The position numbers and the translations under genes are program-made. From positions 5,463 through 69,462 of the forward strand of contig JBHEPH010000004.1 of the NCBI GenBank assembly GCA_046260395.1: a stretch of 64,000 bases of DNA, in the 5' to 3' direction. Shown here piece after piece: positions 48,006 through 57,521 of the stretch. Below the pieces are notes generated by a model. The model worked only from the letters and a program-made list of their open reading frames with translations, did no database searches and had not been told where the DNA came from. The DNA is from Gemmatimonadales bacterium. Its GTDB lineage: Bacteria; Gemmatimonadota; Gemmatimonadetes; Gemmatimonadales; GWC2-71-9. How positions within the stretch are numbered: the first letter of the stretch is position 1; every line of letters begins with the position of its first letter.

Positions 48006-49928
48006 TCACCCCTCCCCCGGCAACTCCTCCTCGAGGTAGGTGTACCCCTCCAGCCCCGCCACATAGTCGGCGATGAAGGCGTTGGCCTCCTGGCGCGAGA
48101 GCTCGGCGGCGTTGGTCACCTTGCGGCGGAAGGTGGTCAGCAGGTCGGAGGCGTGGAACTGAACGTAGTTCAACACCTCGGTGACCGTGTCCCCGCGCAC
48201 CAGATCGCTCACCTCATAGGCGCTGTCCCGGAAACGGACGTGCACCGCATTGGTGTCGCCGAAGAGGTTGTGGAGGTCACCCAGGATCTCCTGGTAGGCG
48301 CCGGTCAGGAAGATGCCGAGGATGTAGTGCTGGTCGTCATTGACGGTGTGCAGTTCCAGGCAGGGCTTGCCCTTGCGACCGCCCGCGAAATGGTCGATCA
48401 CCCCGTCGGAATCGCAGGTGATATCCTGCAGCGTCCCCCGCCGGGTCGGCTCCTGATGGAGGCGGTGCACCGGCATCACCGGGAAGATCTGCTCGATCGC
48501 CCAGTTGTCGGGCAGCGACTGGAAGACCGAGAAATTGCAGAAATACCGGTCCACCAGGACGGCCTCGAGGTGCGAGGTAATTTCAGGATGGGCGCCCTTG
48601 TCGTCGGCGATGAGCCCCTTCAGCGCATTCATCGTCACCAGATAGAACTGCTCGGCCTCAGCCTTGTCCCGGAGGCTGAAGACGCCGCTGGCAAACAGCT
48701 CCTGGGCTCGCTCCTTGGCAAAGATCGCATCGTGGAAGACCTCCTCGACCCGGTCGGGCGTCAGCGTGTCGAGGTTGTCCTTGAGCTCCACGAGCAACGG
48801 GTGTGGATCGTCCCGCAGGCCCGGCGCGCCCCGCACGTCCTGTGACTCGACGTCGGTCACGTTGACCAGCAGGAGCGAGTGGTGGGCGGTCAGGGCACGA
48901 CCGGATTCCGAGATCAGGGCTGGCATCGGCAGCCCCTGGTTCCGGCAGACGGTCCCCAGCGTGTACACGACGTCGTTGGCGTATTCCCGCGTCGTGTAGT
49001 TCATGCTGGCGGAGCGGGTGGTGCGCGACCCGTCATAGTCCACGCCCAGGCCGCCACCCACGTCCACGTGGGTGATATCGAACCCCATCCCGCGCAGCTC
49101 GGTGTAGTAGCGGCCGATCTCCTCGAGCCCGGCCTTGATGTAGCGGATATCGGTGATCTGGCTACCGAGGTGAAAATGGATCAACCGGAGGAGGTCGCTC
49201 CGTCCCATCGTCTTCAGGCGCTCCAGGAGCGCCATGAGGTGGGACGCGCTCAGTCCGAACTTCGACTTCTCGCCCCCACTCTTGGCCCAGCGCCCGAACC
49301 CCTCGGTGGCCAGCTTGATGCGGACCCCCATGGTCGGGGTCACCTTCAGCTCCTCGGACACGCGCAGCAGGACGTCGAGCTCGCTGAGCTGCTCGATGAC
49401 GATGAAGACGGTGTGACCGAGCTTCTGGCCCATCAGGGCCAGCCGCATGAATTCCTCGTCCTTGTAGCCGTTGCAGACGATCAGGTGGTCGGTTCGCTCC
49501 ACCAGGCCGAGAACCGCCTGCAGTTCCGCCTTGCTGCCGCATTCGAGGCCGACGCCGTAGGGCTGGCCGAATTCGACGATTTCCTCGACGACGTGGCGTT
49601 GCTGGTTGACCTTGATCGGATAGACGCTGGTATAGGCGCCCTCGTAGGAGAATTCCTCGATGGCACGGCGGAAATCGGTGGCCAGGGTCGTGATCCTGGC
49701 GCGCAGGATATCGGAGAACCGGATCAGGAGGGGCAGGCCGATCCCCTGCGCGTTGAGATCCAGCGCCAGCTTGTAGAGATCCAGCCCGTTACCCGGGGTG
49801 CCGTCGGGGTGGACCGTGACATGGCCTTCCTCGTTGATGCGGAAGAAGCCCAGGCCCCAGCCCTTCATGTTGTACAGCTTCTCGGCATCCCGGATGGTCC
49901 ACGTCGTGCTGATGGCCGGCTCCTGCAT
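48006..49928 (-). CDS. speA: Biosynthetic arginine decarboxylase
   Basis: 640 aa. N-terminal YNMKGWG, PLP-lysine context VYPIKVNQQ, and the GGGLGVDYDG motif. Confidence 0.9.
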   Translation of the reverse strand: MQEPAISTTWTIRDAEKLYNMKGWGLGFFRINEEGHVTVHPDGTPGNGLDLYKLALDLNAQGIGLPLLIRFSDILRARITTLATDFRRAIEEFSYEGAYTSVYPIKVNQQRHVVEEIVEFGQPYGVGLECGSKAELQAVLGLVERTDHLIVCNGYKDEEFMRLALMGQKLGHTVFIVIEQLSELDVLLRVSEELKVTPTMGVRIKLATEGFGRWAKSGGEKSKFGLSASHLMALLERLKTMGRSDLLRLIHFHLGSQITDIRYIKAGLEEIGRYYTELRGMGFDITHVDVGGGLGVDYDGSRTTRSASMNYTTREYANDVVYTLGTVCRNQGLPMPALISESGRALTAHHSLLLVNVTDVESQDVRGAPGLRDDPHPLLVELKDNLDTLTPDRVEEVFHDAIFAKERAQELFASGVFSLRDKAEAEQFYLVTMNALKGLIADDKGAHPEITSHLEAVLVDRYFCNFSVFQSLPDNWAIEQIFPVMPVHRLHQEPTRRGTLQDITCDSDGVIDHFAGGRKGKPCLELHTVNDDQHYILGIFLTGAYQEILGDLHNLFGDTNAVHVRFRDSAYEVSDLVRGDTVTEVLNYVQFHASDLLTTFRRKVTNAAELSRQEANAFIADYVAGLEGYTYLEEELPGEG

Positions 49929-50159
49929 GGGGAAAGAAGGGAAGGAATTCTAATGCACCACCCCGTCTCGCGACAGCAGCCCCCGGCGGATCCAGGGCGG
50001 GCCGGCCGGGTACCAGGGATGTCCCCGGCTGCCTCACGTCGGGGCAGGCCTCGCTTCGCCAGCCGGGCTGACGTATGCTACGATGCCCGTTCTGGCGAGC
50101 CTGCCTGCTCCGGGAGAGGCCCGCCGGCCCCGTGTGAGAACCCCAGGGAGGTCCCCTTC

Positions 50160-51254
50160 GTGCGCTGGTCGTTCAACCTGGTGACCATTGCCGGCACCCA
50201 GATCCGGGTGCACCTGACCTTCCTCCTGCTCCTGGGCTGGCTGGCCTGGGGTGCCGCCCAGAGCGGCGGGGCGGCGGCCGCCGCCGGCATCACGCTCTTC
50301 CTCCTGGCCATTTTCTTCTGCATCCTGCTCCACGAATTCGGCCACATCATGATGGCCCGACGCTTCGGGGTGCGCACCCCCGAGGTCCTGCTGTCCCCGA
50401 TTGGGGGCCTGGCCCGGTTGGAACGGATGCCGGATGAGCCCGGGCAGGAACTCCTGGTGGCGCTCGCCGGGCCGGCGGTCACCGCCGTCATTGTCGCGGT
50501 GCTCTGGGCAACGCTGGCCCTCACCGGCGGGTCGGCAGAGCCCGTGCTCCTCGGGGAGGCCGCGCTCCCCAACCTGGTGCCGGGATTGATGTGGGTGAAC
50601 ATCTACCTGCTCGCCTTCAATATGATCCCGGCATTCCCCATGGACGGGGGGCGTGTCCTCCGGGCCGTGCTGGCGCGCCGCAAGGGCATGGTGGCGGGCA
50701 CCCGCATCGCCGTTCGGATCGGCCAGGGGTTCGCCATTGCGCTGGGGCTTCTGGCCCTGTTCGGGCCCTACCCCAACCCGATCCTGATCCTGATCGCCGG
50801 GTTCATCTTCCTGGCCGCGCAGGCCGAGGCGAGCATGGTGGAGACCCGGGCAGCCGGCAAGGGCATCCGCGCCGCCCAGATGATGGTGACCAACTTCCGG
50901 GTGCTTCGGGTGCACGCCACGCTGGGCGATGCGGCTGAGGCATTGTTGACCGGCGACCAGCGCGAATTTCCGGTGGTGGACAACCTGGGCCGGCTGGAGG
51001 GGCTCATGACCCGGGATCACCTGATCCGCGGGCTGACCGAGCAGGGGCCTGAGGCGAGCATCCAGGGTGCGATGGCCCCCATCACCGACACCGTGCCCGT
51101 CAATATGCCGTTCGATACCGCCCTGGAACACCTCCGTCGGAGCGGGCTGCCCGCGCTTCCCGTCGTCGGGGAGGACGGCAGCCTCGTCGGGCTGCTGACC
51201 CTGGACAACATCACCGACCTGCTGCTGATCCGGCGGGCGGCAGGAGATTTCTGA
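50160..51254 (+). CDS. M50-family site-2 protease with tandem CBS domains
   Basis: GTG 50160 with GGGAGG 8 nt upstream. Zinc site LLHEFGHIMMA, NMIPAFPMDGGRV, and a C-terminal CBS pair (FPVVDNLGRLEGLMT, LPVVGEDGSLVGLLT). Confidence 0.8.
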   Translation: MRWSFNLVTIAGTQIRVHLTFLLLLGWLAWGAAQSGGAAAAAGITLFLLAIFFCILLHEFGHIMMARRFGVRTPEVLLSPIGGLARLERMPDEPGQELLVALAGPAVTAVIVAVLWATLALTGGSAEPVLLGEAALPNLVPGLMWVNIYLLAFNMIPAFPMDGGRVLRAVLARRKGMVAGTRIAVRIGQGFAIALGLLALFGPYPNPILILIAGFIFLAAQAEASMVETRAAGKGIRAAQMMVTNFRVLRVHATLGDAAEALLTGDQREFPVVDNLGRLEGLMTRDHLIRGLTEQGPEASIQGAMAPITDTVPVNMPFDTALEHLRRSGLPALPVVGEDGSLVGLLTLDNITDLLLIRRAAGDF

Positions 51255-51255
51255 G

Positions 51256-52161
51256 ATGGCACTGCAGGTGGCGGTCACGGGCGCGAGCGGCTTCGTCGGC
51301 CGGGCGGTGGTGGCGAGCCTCAGGGCGGACGGTCACCGCGTCCTGTCGCTGGTGCGGCGGCCCACGCCCGGGGACACGGCCACCTGGGATCCGGCCACCG
51401 GGGCGATTGACCGGGATGCCCTCGAGGGACTCGACGCCGTGGTGCATCTGGCCGGCGAGGATATTGCCCGCGGCCGCTGGACCACCGACAAGAAGCGCCG
51501 CATCCGCCAGAGTCGCGTCGCCGGCACTTCGCTCCTGGCCGGGGCGCTGGCTGGGCTGACGCACCAACCCGCGGTCCTCGTGAGCACCTCGGCCGTCGGC
51601 ATCTACGGCGACCGGGGCGACGAGATCCTCACCGAGACCAGCCCTCCCGGAGCAGGGTTCCTCGCCGACGTCGGCACGGCGTGGGAGGCGGCCACGACGC
51701 CCGCCGCCGAGGCCGGCATCCGTGTCGCCTGCCTTCGGTTCGGGATCGTGCTGGATCCGGCGGGTGGTGCGTTGGAGCGCATGCTCCTCCCCTTCCGGCT
51801 CGGTGTCGGCGGGCCGCTCGGCTCCGGCAGGCAGTGGGTGAGCTGGCTGACCCGCGCCGAGCTCGTGCGGATCATCCGCTTTGCGATTGATACGCCGACG
51901 CTGATGGGGCCGGTCAACGCCGTCAGCCCCGCCCCCGTCACCTTCGCCGAGCTGGCACAAACGCTTGGCCGGGTGCTTCACCGTCCGGCGCTCCTGCCCG
52001 TCCCTCCCTTTGCACTCCGCCTCCTCTTCGGGGACATGGCCGACGCGATGCTCCTCGCCAGCCAGCGGTGCGTCCCAGACGTGCTCCTGGCAGCCGGGTA
52101 TCGGTTCCAGTCCCCCGAACTGGAGGCCGCCTTGCGCGAGCAACTCGCCCCGGGGCGCTGA
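51256..52161 (+). CDS. YfcH/TIGR01777-family epimerase-like SDR (with DUF1731 C-terminus)
   Basis: VAVTGASGFVGRAV Rossmann motif. 301 aa. W..DKKRRIRQSRV and a C-terminal DUF1731-like end. Confidence 0.8.
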   Translation: MALQVAVTGASGFVGRAVVASLRADGHRVLSLVRRPTPGDTATWDPATGAIDRDALEGLDAVVHLAGEDIARGRWTTDKKRRIRQSRVAGTSLLAGALAGLTHQPAVLVSTSAVGIYGDRGDEILTETSPPGAGFLADVGTAWEAATTPAAEAGIRVACLRFGIVLDPAGGALERMLLPFRLGVGGPLGSGRQWVSWLTRAELVRIIRFAIDTPTLMGPVNAVSPAPVTFAELAQTLGRVLHRPALLPVPPFALRLLFGDMADAMLLASQRCVPDVLLAAGYRFQSPELEAALREQLAPGR

Positions 52162-52167
52162 CATCGA

Positions 52168-52881
52168 ATGCCCGCCTCCTCGCGCCCCGCCGTCGTGCTC
52201 CTGAGTGGTGGGCTGGACTCCGCGACTGCCCTGGCCATCGCGCGGGCCGAGGGGTACGTCCCCCACGCGCTGTCCTTTGCCTACGGCCAACGACATGCCT
52301 CTGAACTGGTGGCGGCGCGTGCCGTGGCCTCCCATCTCGGCGCGGCCCAGCACGTCATCGCCACCATCGACCTGCGAGCATTTGGTGGCAGTGCGCTGAC
52401 GGCCGACCTGCCCGTCCCGAAGCAGTCGGCGGCGGCTGGCACGCCGGCGGACGGGGTGCCGATCACCTACGTCCCTGCGCGCAACACCATTTTCCTCTCG
52501 TTTGCCCTGGGCTGGGCGGAGGTCCTCGGCGCCGATGACATCTTCATCGGGGTCAACGCACTGGATTACAGCGGGTATCCCGACTGCCGGCCAGCCTTCA
52601 TCGAGGCCTTTGAGCGCCTTGCCAACCTGGCCACGCGCGCGGCCACCGAGGAAGGGCGCCGGATGCGGGTGCACGCGCCGCTCATGGCCATGACCAAGGC
52701 GGCGATCATCACCCGGGGGCTGGCGCTCGGCGTCGACTACGGCCTGACGCACAGCTGCTACGATCCTGGGGACGATGGCCTGGCCTGTGGCGAGTGCGAC
52801 TCCTGCCGCCTGCGCCTGAAGGGATTCCGTGAGGCCGGGCGTGCGGATCCGGTGGCGTATCGGGTGGAAGGGGCGCGATAG
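52168..52881 (+). CDS. queC: 7-cyano-7-deazaguanine synthase
   Basis: PP-loop LLSGGLDSA and a C-terminal zinc Cys cluster (SCYD...[10 protein letters not shown]). 237 aa. Confidence 0.9.
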   Translation: MPASSRPAVVLLSGGLDSATALAIARAEGYVPHALSFAYGQRHASELVAARAVASHLGAAQHVIATIDLRAFGGSALTADLPVPKQSAAAGTPADGVPITYVPARNTIFLSFALGWAEVLGADDIFIGVNALDYSGYPDCRPAFIEAFERLANLATRAATEEGRRMRVHAPLMAMTKAAIITRGLALGVDYGLTHSCYDPGDDGLACGECDSCRLRLKGFREAGRADPVAYRVEGAR

Positions 52882-52956
52882 CAGGCCGGGAAGCGGTCAT
52901 CGGCCGATGAGGGTCCCACGAGCTACCTCCGGGTGGTCTGCCGCTATTATTGATGG

Positions 52957-53589
52957 ATGTACACCATCAAGGAGATTTTCTACACGCTGCAGGGCGAGGG
53001 GATGCAGTCCGGACGGGCGGCGGTCTTCTGCCGTTTTGCGGGGTGCAATCTCTGGACGGGCCGCGAAACAGATCGCGCGCGCGCGATCTGCCAGTTCTGC
53101 GACACCGAGTTTGTCGGGACCGATGGTCCCGGTGGCGGCAAGTTCGCCACGCCGACGGCGCTGGCGGACGCGGTGGCCGCTGCCTGGCACTCCGATCGAC
53201 CTGGCGACCCGCTGGTGGTCTGCACCGGTGGCGAGCCGCTGCTGCAGCTGGACGAACCCCTCATTGACGCCTTCCACGACCACGGATTCGCGGTGGCGGT
53301 GGAGACCAACGGCACCCTGCCCGCGCCCGCGAGCCTCGACTGGGTCTGCGTCAGCCCGAAGGCTGGCGCGGCCCTGGTCCAGGAGCGCGGGGACGAGCTG
53401 AAGCTGGTCTATCCGCAGGTGGGGATCGACCCGACGAGCCTCCTGGCGCTGGAGTTCGGGCACTTCCTCCTCCAGCCGATGGACGGGCCGGATCGGCTCG
53501 CCAACACCCAACTGGCTGTGGAGTATTGCCTTGCCCATCCGGCCTGGCGCCTGTCCCTCCAGACCCACAAGCTCGTGGGACTCCCATGA
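52957..53589 (+). CDS. queE: 7-carboxy-7-deazaguanine synthase (radical SAM)
   Basis: N-terminal IFYTLQGEG and the radical-SAM cluster region CRFAGCNLWTG. 210 aa. Confidence 0.85.
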   Translation: MYTIKEIFYTLQGEGMQSGRAAVFCRFAGCNLWTGRETDRARAICQFCDTEFVGTDGPGGGKFATPTALADAVAAAWHSDRPGDPLVVCTGGEPLLQLDEPLIDAFHDHGFAVAVETNGTLPAPASLDWVCVSPKAGAALVQERGDELKLVYPQVGIDPTSLLALEFGHFLLQPMDGPDRLANTQLAVEYCLAHPAWRLSLQTHKLVGLP

Positions 53590-53626
53590 GGCTCCCTTGC
53601 GCCCGTCGGGGGAATTAGCTTTGGGC

Positions 53627-54967
53627 ATGGGCCTCAACCCCGTCGGCCCGGCGCTGGCCAACCTGCCATCCGCGTTCGCCAAGGCCTGCCACCAGGCCCG
53701 GACCGACACCGAGCTCTTTGAGCGGTGCCGTGCCGCTCTGGTGCAGCAGTTCGGCTCAGACGCGATCTGGTTCGAGGTCTCGGACAACGAGACCGTCGTA
53801 CCGGCCATCGGCCCGGGCCCCCGACCTGACGACGCCGTCGAGGTGGCGCGCTGCTCCAGCGGCCACACCGAACTGGCCATTTTCACCGGCCCCGAGCAGG
53901 CGCCGGTGGTGCGCTCGGCAGCGCTGGCGCTGGCCCTCGGGCTGAGCGTCACGCTCGAGTTGCGCAGCGTGCTGGCGAGCCGCCAGGCCGAGCTCGATGA
54001 CGCCGCCTTCCAGTTGCGGGCCCTGCGCCAGGTCGCGCGCCTGCTCTCCTCGGTGCACTCCACGGAGGAGACCGAGGTGCTGGTCATGGACTTCATGGCG
54101 GAAGTGTTCTTCGCTTGGTGGGCCTGCCTCTATCGTGCCCAGGGCGACCGCTACCTCCCCATCCGGTTCCGGGCACTCAACCAGCAGGAGGGACCCGTCC
54201 CGATTGACCGGGATCGGATGGACGCCGTGCTCCCCATTGGCAGCCAGGTGAGCGAGGGTGAGGATGTCGGCCTGCGCAGCCTGCTGCCCCCCACCTCGGA
54301 GCTCGTGGTGCCGCTGGATGCCGGTGGCGAGCGCATGGCCTTGATGGTGCTGGGCCCCCGCATGAATGACCACCCCTACGGCCGCGCCGAACGTGAGCTG
54401 GCCGCCACCTTGTCGTTCGCCGCGGGGATCGCCTTGAAGAACGCGGAGCTGGTGGAGCGGCTCCACAACGCCGCCACGACCGACGAACTCACCGGGCTGC
54501 TGAACCGGCGCGCCCTCGAGGAGCGGCTGGGCGCCGAGATCTCCCGGAGCAGCCGCCACCAGGTGCGGACCACCATCGTCCTGCTGGATCTCGATTATTT
54601 CAAGCAGGTCAACGATACGCTCGGACATGCCGCCGGCGACCGGTTCCTGGTGCTGGTGGGCCAGCTGATGACCCAGCAGATCCGCACGATGGACGTCGTG
54701 GGCCGGCTGGGCGGCGATGAATTCGTGGCGATCCTCCCGATGACCTCGGCCGAGGAGGCCAAGGTGTTCGTGTCGCGGTTGCAGGCCGGCATGACCCGCC
54801 TGACCGAGCAACACCCCGAGTTCGGGGTGGTCACGCTGAGCGTGGGGCTGGCCGAGGCTCCGCGCAACGGCACCACGACCGCCAGCCTCATGGCCGCCGC
54901 CGACGCGGCGCTGTACAGCGCCAAGCGGAAGGGTCGCAATACCGCTGAAGTCGCGCCTGCGGATTAG
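53627..54967 (+). CDS. GAF-domain diguanylate cyclase (GGDEF) with I-site
   Basis: ATG 53627. GAF-like N-terminal and middle regions. The GGDEF domain has RTMD (RxxD) five residues before GGDEF, and DLDYFKQVNDTLGHAAGD. Confidence 0.8.
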   Translation: MGLNPVGPALANLPSAFAKACHQARTDTELFERCRAALVQQFGSDAIWFEVSDNETVVPAIGPGPRPDDAVEVARCSSGHTELAIFTGPEQAPVVRSAALALALGLSVTLELRSVLASRQAELDDAAFQLRALRQVARLLSSVHSTEETEVLVMDFMAEVFFAWWACLYRAQGDRYLPIRFRALNQQEGPVPIDRDRMDAVLPIGSQVSEGEDVGLRSLLPPTSELVVPLDAGGERMALMVLGPRMNDHPYGRAERELAATLSFAAGIALKNAELVERLHNAATTDELTGLLNRRALEERLGAEISRSSRHQVRTTIVLLDLDYFKQVNDTLGHAAGDRFLVLVGQLMTQQIRTMDVVGRLGGDEFVAILPMTSAEEAKVFVSRLQAGMTRLTEQHPEFGVVTLSVGLAEAPRNGTTTASLMAAADAALYSAKRKGRNTAEVAPAD

Positions 54968-54982
54968 CGCCGGCCGCCACTG

Positions 54983-56737
54983 ATGGTGACCCAGGATGCC
55001 GTCCAGCTGTTCCTGCGGACCGAGGCGGCGCTTGGGGCCCGGTACCGGCTCGAACGGCTCGCCGCAGCCTCCCCTGAGCGCGTCCTCTTCCTGGCCAGCG
55101 ACACGCTCTTGAACCGGCGGGTCAGCCTTCGGGTCCATTTCTTCTCCACCCCGGCGCTGCGCGCGTGGTTCCTGTCCGAGGCCGAGGCCCTGGCCCAACT
55201 GGACCATCCGGCGATCCGCCATCTGTATGACGCGGGCGTGCTCGAGGATCTGGCCTTCCGCATCGGCAACTGGATCGAGGGCGAAGGGCTCCACGAAGCG
55301 GTGGCCCGGGGCCCCCGCCCGATCCCGGCCGTGCACACGCTCGCCCGTGACCTGCTCGGCGCCCTGGAGCACGCGCACACGCGTGGGGTCATCGTGCGCC
55401 GCATGGTGCCCGCATCCATGCTGGTGAGCCCCGGGGGCCGGGGCACGCTCACCGACCTTCGCTTCTGCAGCTATGTCCTGCCGCACATTCCCGCCGACGA
55501 ACAGGTGAGCGGGACCGCCTTCATGGCACCCGAGGTGCGCGAGGGGGCTCCCGGCGAGCCGACCAGCGACGTCTTTACCGCGGCGGCGATCCTCTATTTC
55601 GCGTTGACGGGCGTCGAGCCGCCGGAGGATCCCGCCCGGCTCGTGCTGCCCTCGAAGGTCCGGCCCGCGACGCCGCGGATGGTGGAGCGGATCCTGCTCC
55701 GGGCACTGCATCCCGACCCGGCCCGACGGTTCCTCACCGCCGCGGAGATGCTCGAGGAGTTCACGTCGGTGGCCGGGAGCTTCGACACGCCCGGCATGAG
55801 TGAGGGCCCGACCGGCGCGGTCATGGCCCAGGAAAACAGCGGGCTCTGGGAGAAGCGCCTGCGCCGCGCCCTCGGTGACGATTATGAGTTGCTCGGGGAG
55901 CTGGGGAGCGGCGGCTTCGGCCGCGTGTACCGCGTGCGGGACCTCCACCTGGAGCGGATGGTCGCCCTGAAGGTGCTGCATCCACTCCTGACGCAGGATC
56001 CCTCGGTGGTGGAGCGGTTCCGTCGCGAGGCCCAGCTGGCGGCGCGCCTCAACCATGCCCATATCGTGGACATCTACGACATCGGCGGGCGTTCAGGGTT
56101 GATCTGGTACACCATGGAAATGGTGGATGGACCGAACCTGGCCCAACTGGTGGAGCGCAACGGCCCCCTGCCCCTGGACCGTGTGGTGCGCCTGCTGCGC
56201 GAGGGGCTTGACGCGCTCAGCCATGCTCACGGGGCTGGCCTGGTGCACCGGGACATCAAGCCCGAGAACATGCTCCTCGAGCGGCGGGATGGCAGCCTCC
56301 GGATCACCGATTTCGGCCTGGCCCTGGCGCTGCTGGGCCATGGCAAGTGGGGCGGCGCGACGAGCCAGAGTGGCACCCCGCAATTCGCCAGCCCCGAGCA
56401 GCTCCTCGGCGAACAGGTGGACCAGCGCTCGGATCTCTACAGCCTCGCGGCCGTGGCGGTGTTCGCGTTGATCGGCTCCCCGCCGTTCACCGGCGCCACC
56501 CCCGAGCAGGTCCTGGCCAGCCAGACCACCGACCAGCTGCCGGACCTGTCGGCGCGCAGCGCGGAAGTCGGGCCTGAGTTGGCGGAGGTCCTGCGCCGCG
56601 CGCTGCGCGCGGAGGTGACCGCCCGATTCCCGACGGCGAGCGAGTTCCTCCACGCGATGAATCGCGCCCTGCGCCGTGACCAGCAGCGCCAGACCGGGCA
56701 CGCCTGGATGTCGCGCATCTTCAAGCGCAACGGCTGA
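54983..56737 (+). CDS. Tandem-kinase protein: degenerate (pseudo)kinase domain followed by an active Hanks-type Ser/Thr kinase domain
   Basis: Domain 2 has GSGGFGRVY, ALKVL, HRDIKPEN, DFGLA and GTPQFASPE. Domain 1 has the kinase fold pattern, but the G-loop, VAIK Lys, HRD and DFG are replaced (RVSLRV, VIVRRMVP, TDLRF). Confidence 0.8.
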   Translation: MVTQDAVQLFLRTEAALGARYRLERLAAASPERVLFLASDTLLNRRVSLRVHFFSTPALRAWFLSEAEALAQLDHPAIRHLYDAGVLEDLAFRIGNWIEGEGLHEAVARGPRPIPAVHTLARDLLGALEHAHTRGVIVRRMVPASMLVSPGGRGTLTDLRFCSYVLPHIPADEQVSGTAFMAPEVREGAPGEPTSDVFTAAAILYFALTGVEPPEDPARLVLPSKVRPATPRMVERILLRALHPDPARRFLTAAEMLEEFTSVAGSFDTPGMSEGPTGAVMAQENSGLWEKRLRRALGDDYELLGELGSGGFGRVYRVRDLHLERMVALKVLHPLLTQDPSVVERFRREAQLAARLNHAHIVDIYDIGGRSGLIWYTMEMVDGPNLAQLVERNGPLPLDRVVRLLREGLDALSHAHGAGLVHRDIKPENMLLERRDGSLRITDFGLALALLGHGKWGGATSQSGTPQFASPEQLLGEQVDQRSDLYSLAAVAVFALIGSPPFTGATPEQVLASQTTDQLPDLSARSAEVGPELAEVLRRALRAEVTARFPTASEFLHAMNRALRRDQQRQTGHAWMSRIFKRNG

Positions 56738-56748
56738 CTCCACGGTGC

Positions 56749-56777
56749 TTGACAATTCCGGAACCGCTTCCAATATT
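56749..56777 (+). promoter_or_regulatory. Putative sigma-70-type promoter of the cold-shock gene
   Basis: TTGACA (56749-56754), then a 17-nt spacer, then AATATT (56772-56777). This would give a 5' UTR of about 150 nt before csp. Confidence 0.4.
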
Positions 56778-56933
56778 GGTCCCCTGATACGCCCCTACTG
56801 CTGGGCTTCGTGGCACTTCTCCGACAGTCCGGACAGCAGGCCCCACTCTTCATGACACGGGACGCGCCCGTGCGCATCGAAGCCCGGCGGCGCAGGCGCC
56901 GTGGGGTTGGTCACACAATCAGGAGTCGTCGGA

Positions 56934-57146
56934 ATGGCACGCATGCTCGGCACCGTGAAGTGGTTCAACGATGCAAAGGGGTTCGGCTTCATCACACCGG
57001 AGAATGGCGACAAGGACTGCTTCGTGCATCACTCGGCCATCCGGATGGACGGCTTCCGCAGCCTGGCGGAAGGGGACAAGGTGGAGTTCGATGTGGTTGA
57101 CGGGGCCAAGGGCCCGGCTGCCGAGAACGTCACCAAGGCCGAGTAA
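56934..57146 (+). CDS. cspA: Cold-shock protein (CspA family)
   Basis: 70 aa from ATG 56934, with AGGAG 8 nt upstream. RNP1 KGFGFI and RNP2-like FVHHS. Confidence 0.9.
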   Translation: MARMLGTVKWFNDAKGFGFITPENGDKDCFVHHSAIRMDGFRSLAEGDKVEFDVVDGAKGPAAENVTKAE

Positions 57147-57162
57147 GCCCCGGCTGGGCCAT

Positions 57163-57209
57163 GACACGCAACGGGCCGCTCCTCCCTGGAGCGGCCCGTG
57201 TGCGTTGTC
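57163..57209. terminator. Bidirectional stem-loop terminator between csp and infA
   Basis: ACGGGCCGCTCC / GGAGCGGCCCGT forms a 12-bp stem with a 5-nt loop. It is extended by ACGCA/TGCGT and GAC/GTC with single-base bulges. Confidence 0.55.
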
Positions 57210-57232
57210 AGCCGGCGACCCGGAGGCCGCTT

Positions 57233-57451
57233 CTACTTGTGCCGGTAGATCACCCGCCCGCGCGTCAGGTCGTAGGGCGAGAGCACCACGCTGACCCGAT
57301 CGCCCTCCAGCACCCGGATCTTGAACTTGCTCATCTTCCCGGCCGCGTAGGCCAGGATCGTGTGCCCGTTCTCGAGCAGCACCCGGTAATTGCGGTCGGG
57401 CAGGACCTCCTGCACCACCCCTTCCATCTCAATGCCTTCTTCCTTCGCCAT
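57233..57451 (-). CDS. infA: Translation initiation factor IF-1
   Basis: 72 aa. [64 protein letters not shown] is near-canonical IF-1. Confidence 0.9.
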   Translation of the reverse strand: MAKEEGIEMEGVVQEVLPDRNYRVLLENGHTILAYAAGKMSKFKIRVLEGDRVSVVLSPYDLTRGRVIYRHK

Positions 57452-57521
57452 CCAGACTCCTCCACGGGGGACACGTGCGGCCGCCAGGCCGACTCGAACC
57501 GGGGGCAATCTCGGGGGTTTG

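Noticed and set aside
51211-56062. Long minus-strand ORFs (51211-52752 and 53756-56062) opposite yfcH/queC and the GGDEF/kinase genes
   Set aside because: They are shadow ORFs opposite genes with canonical motifs (SGGLDS, GGDEF, HRDIKPEN).
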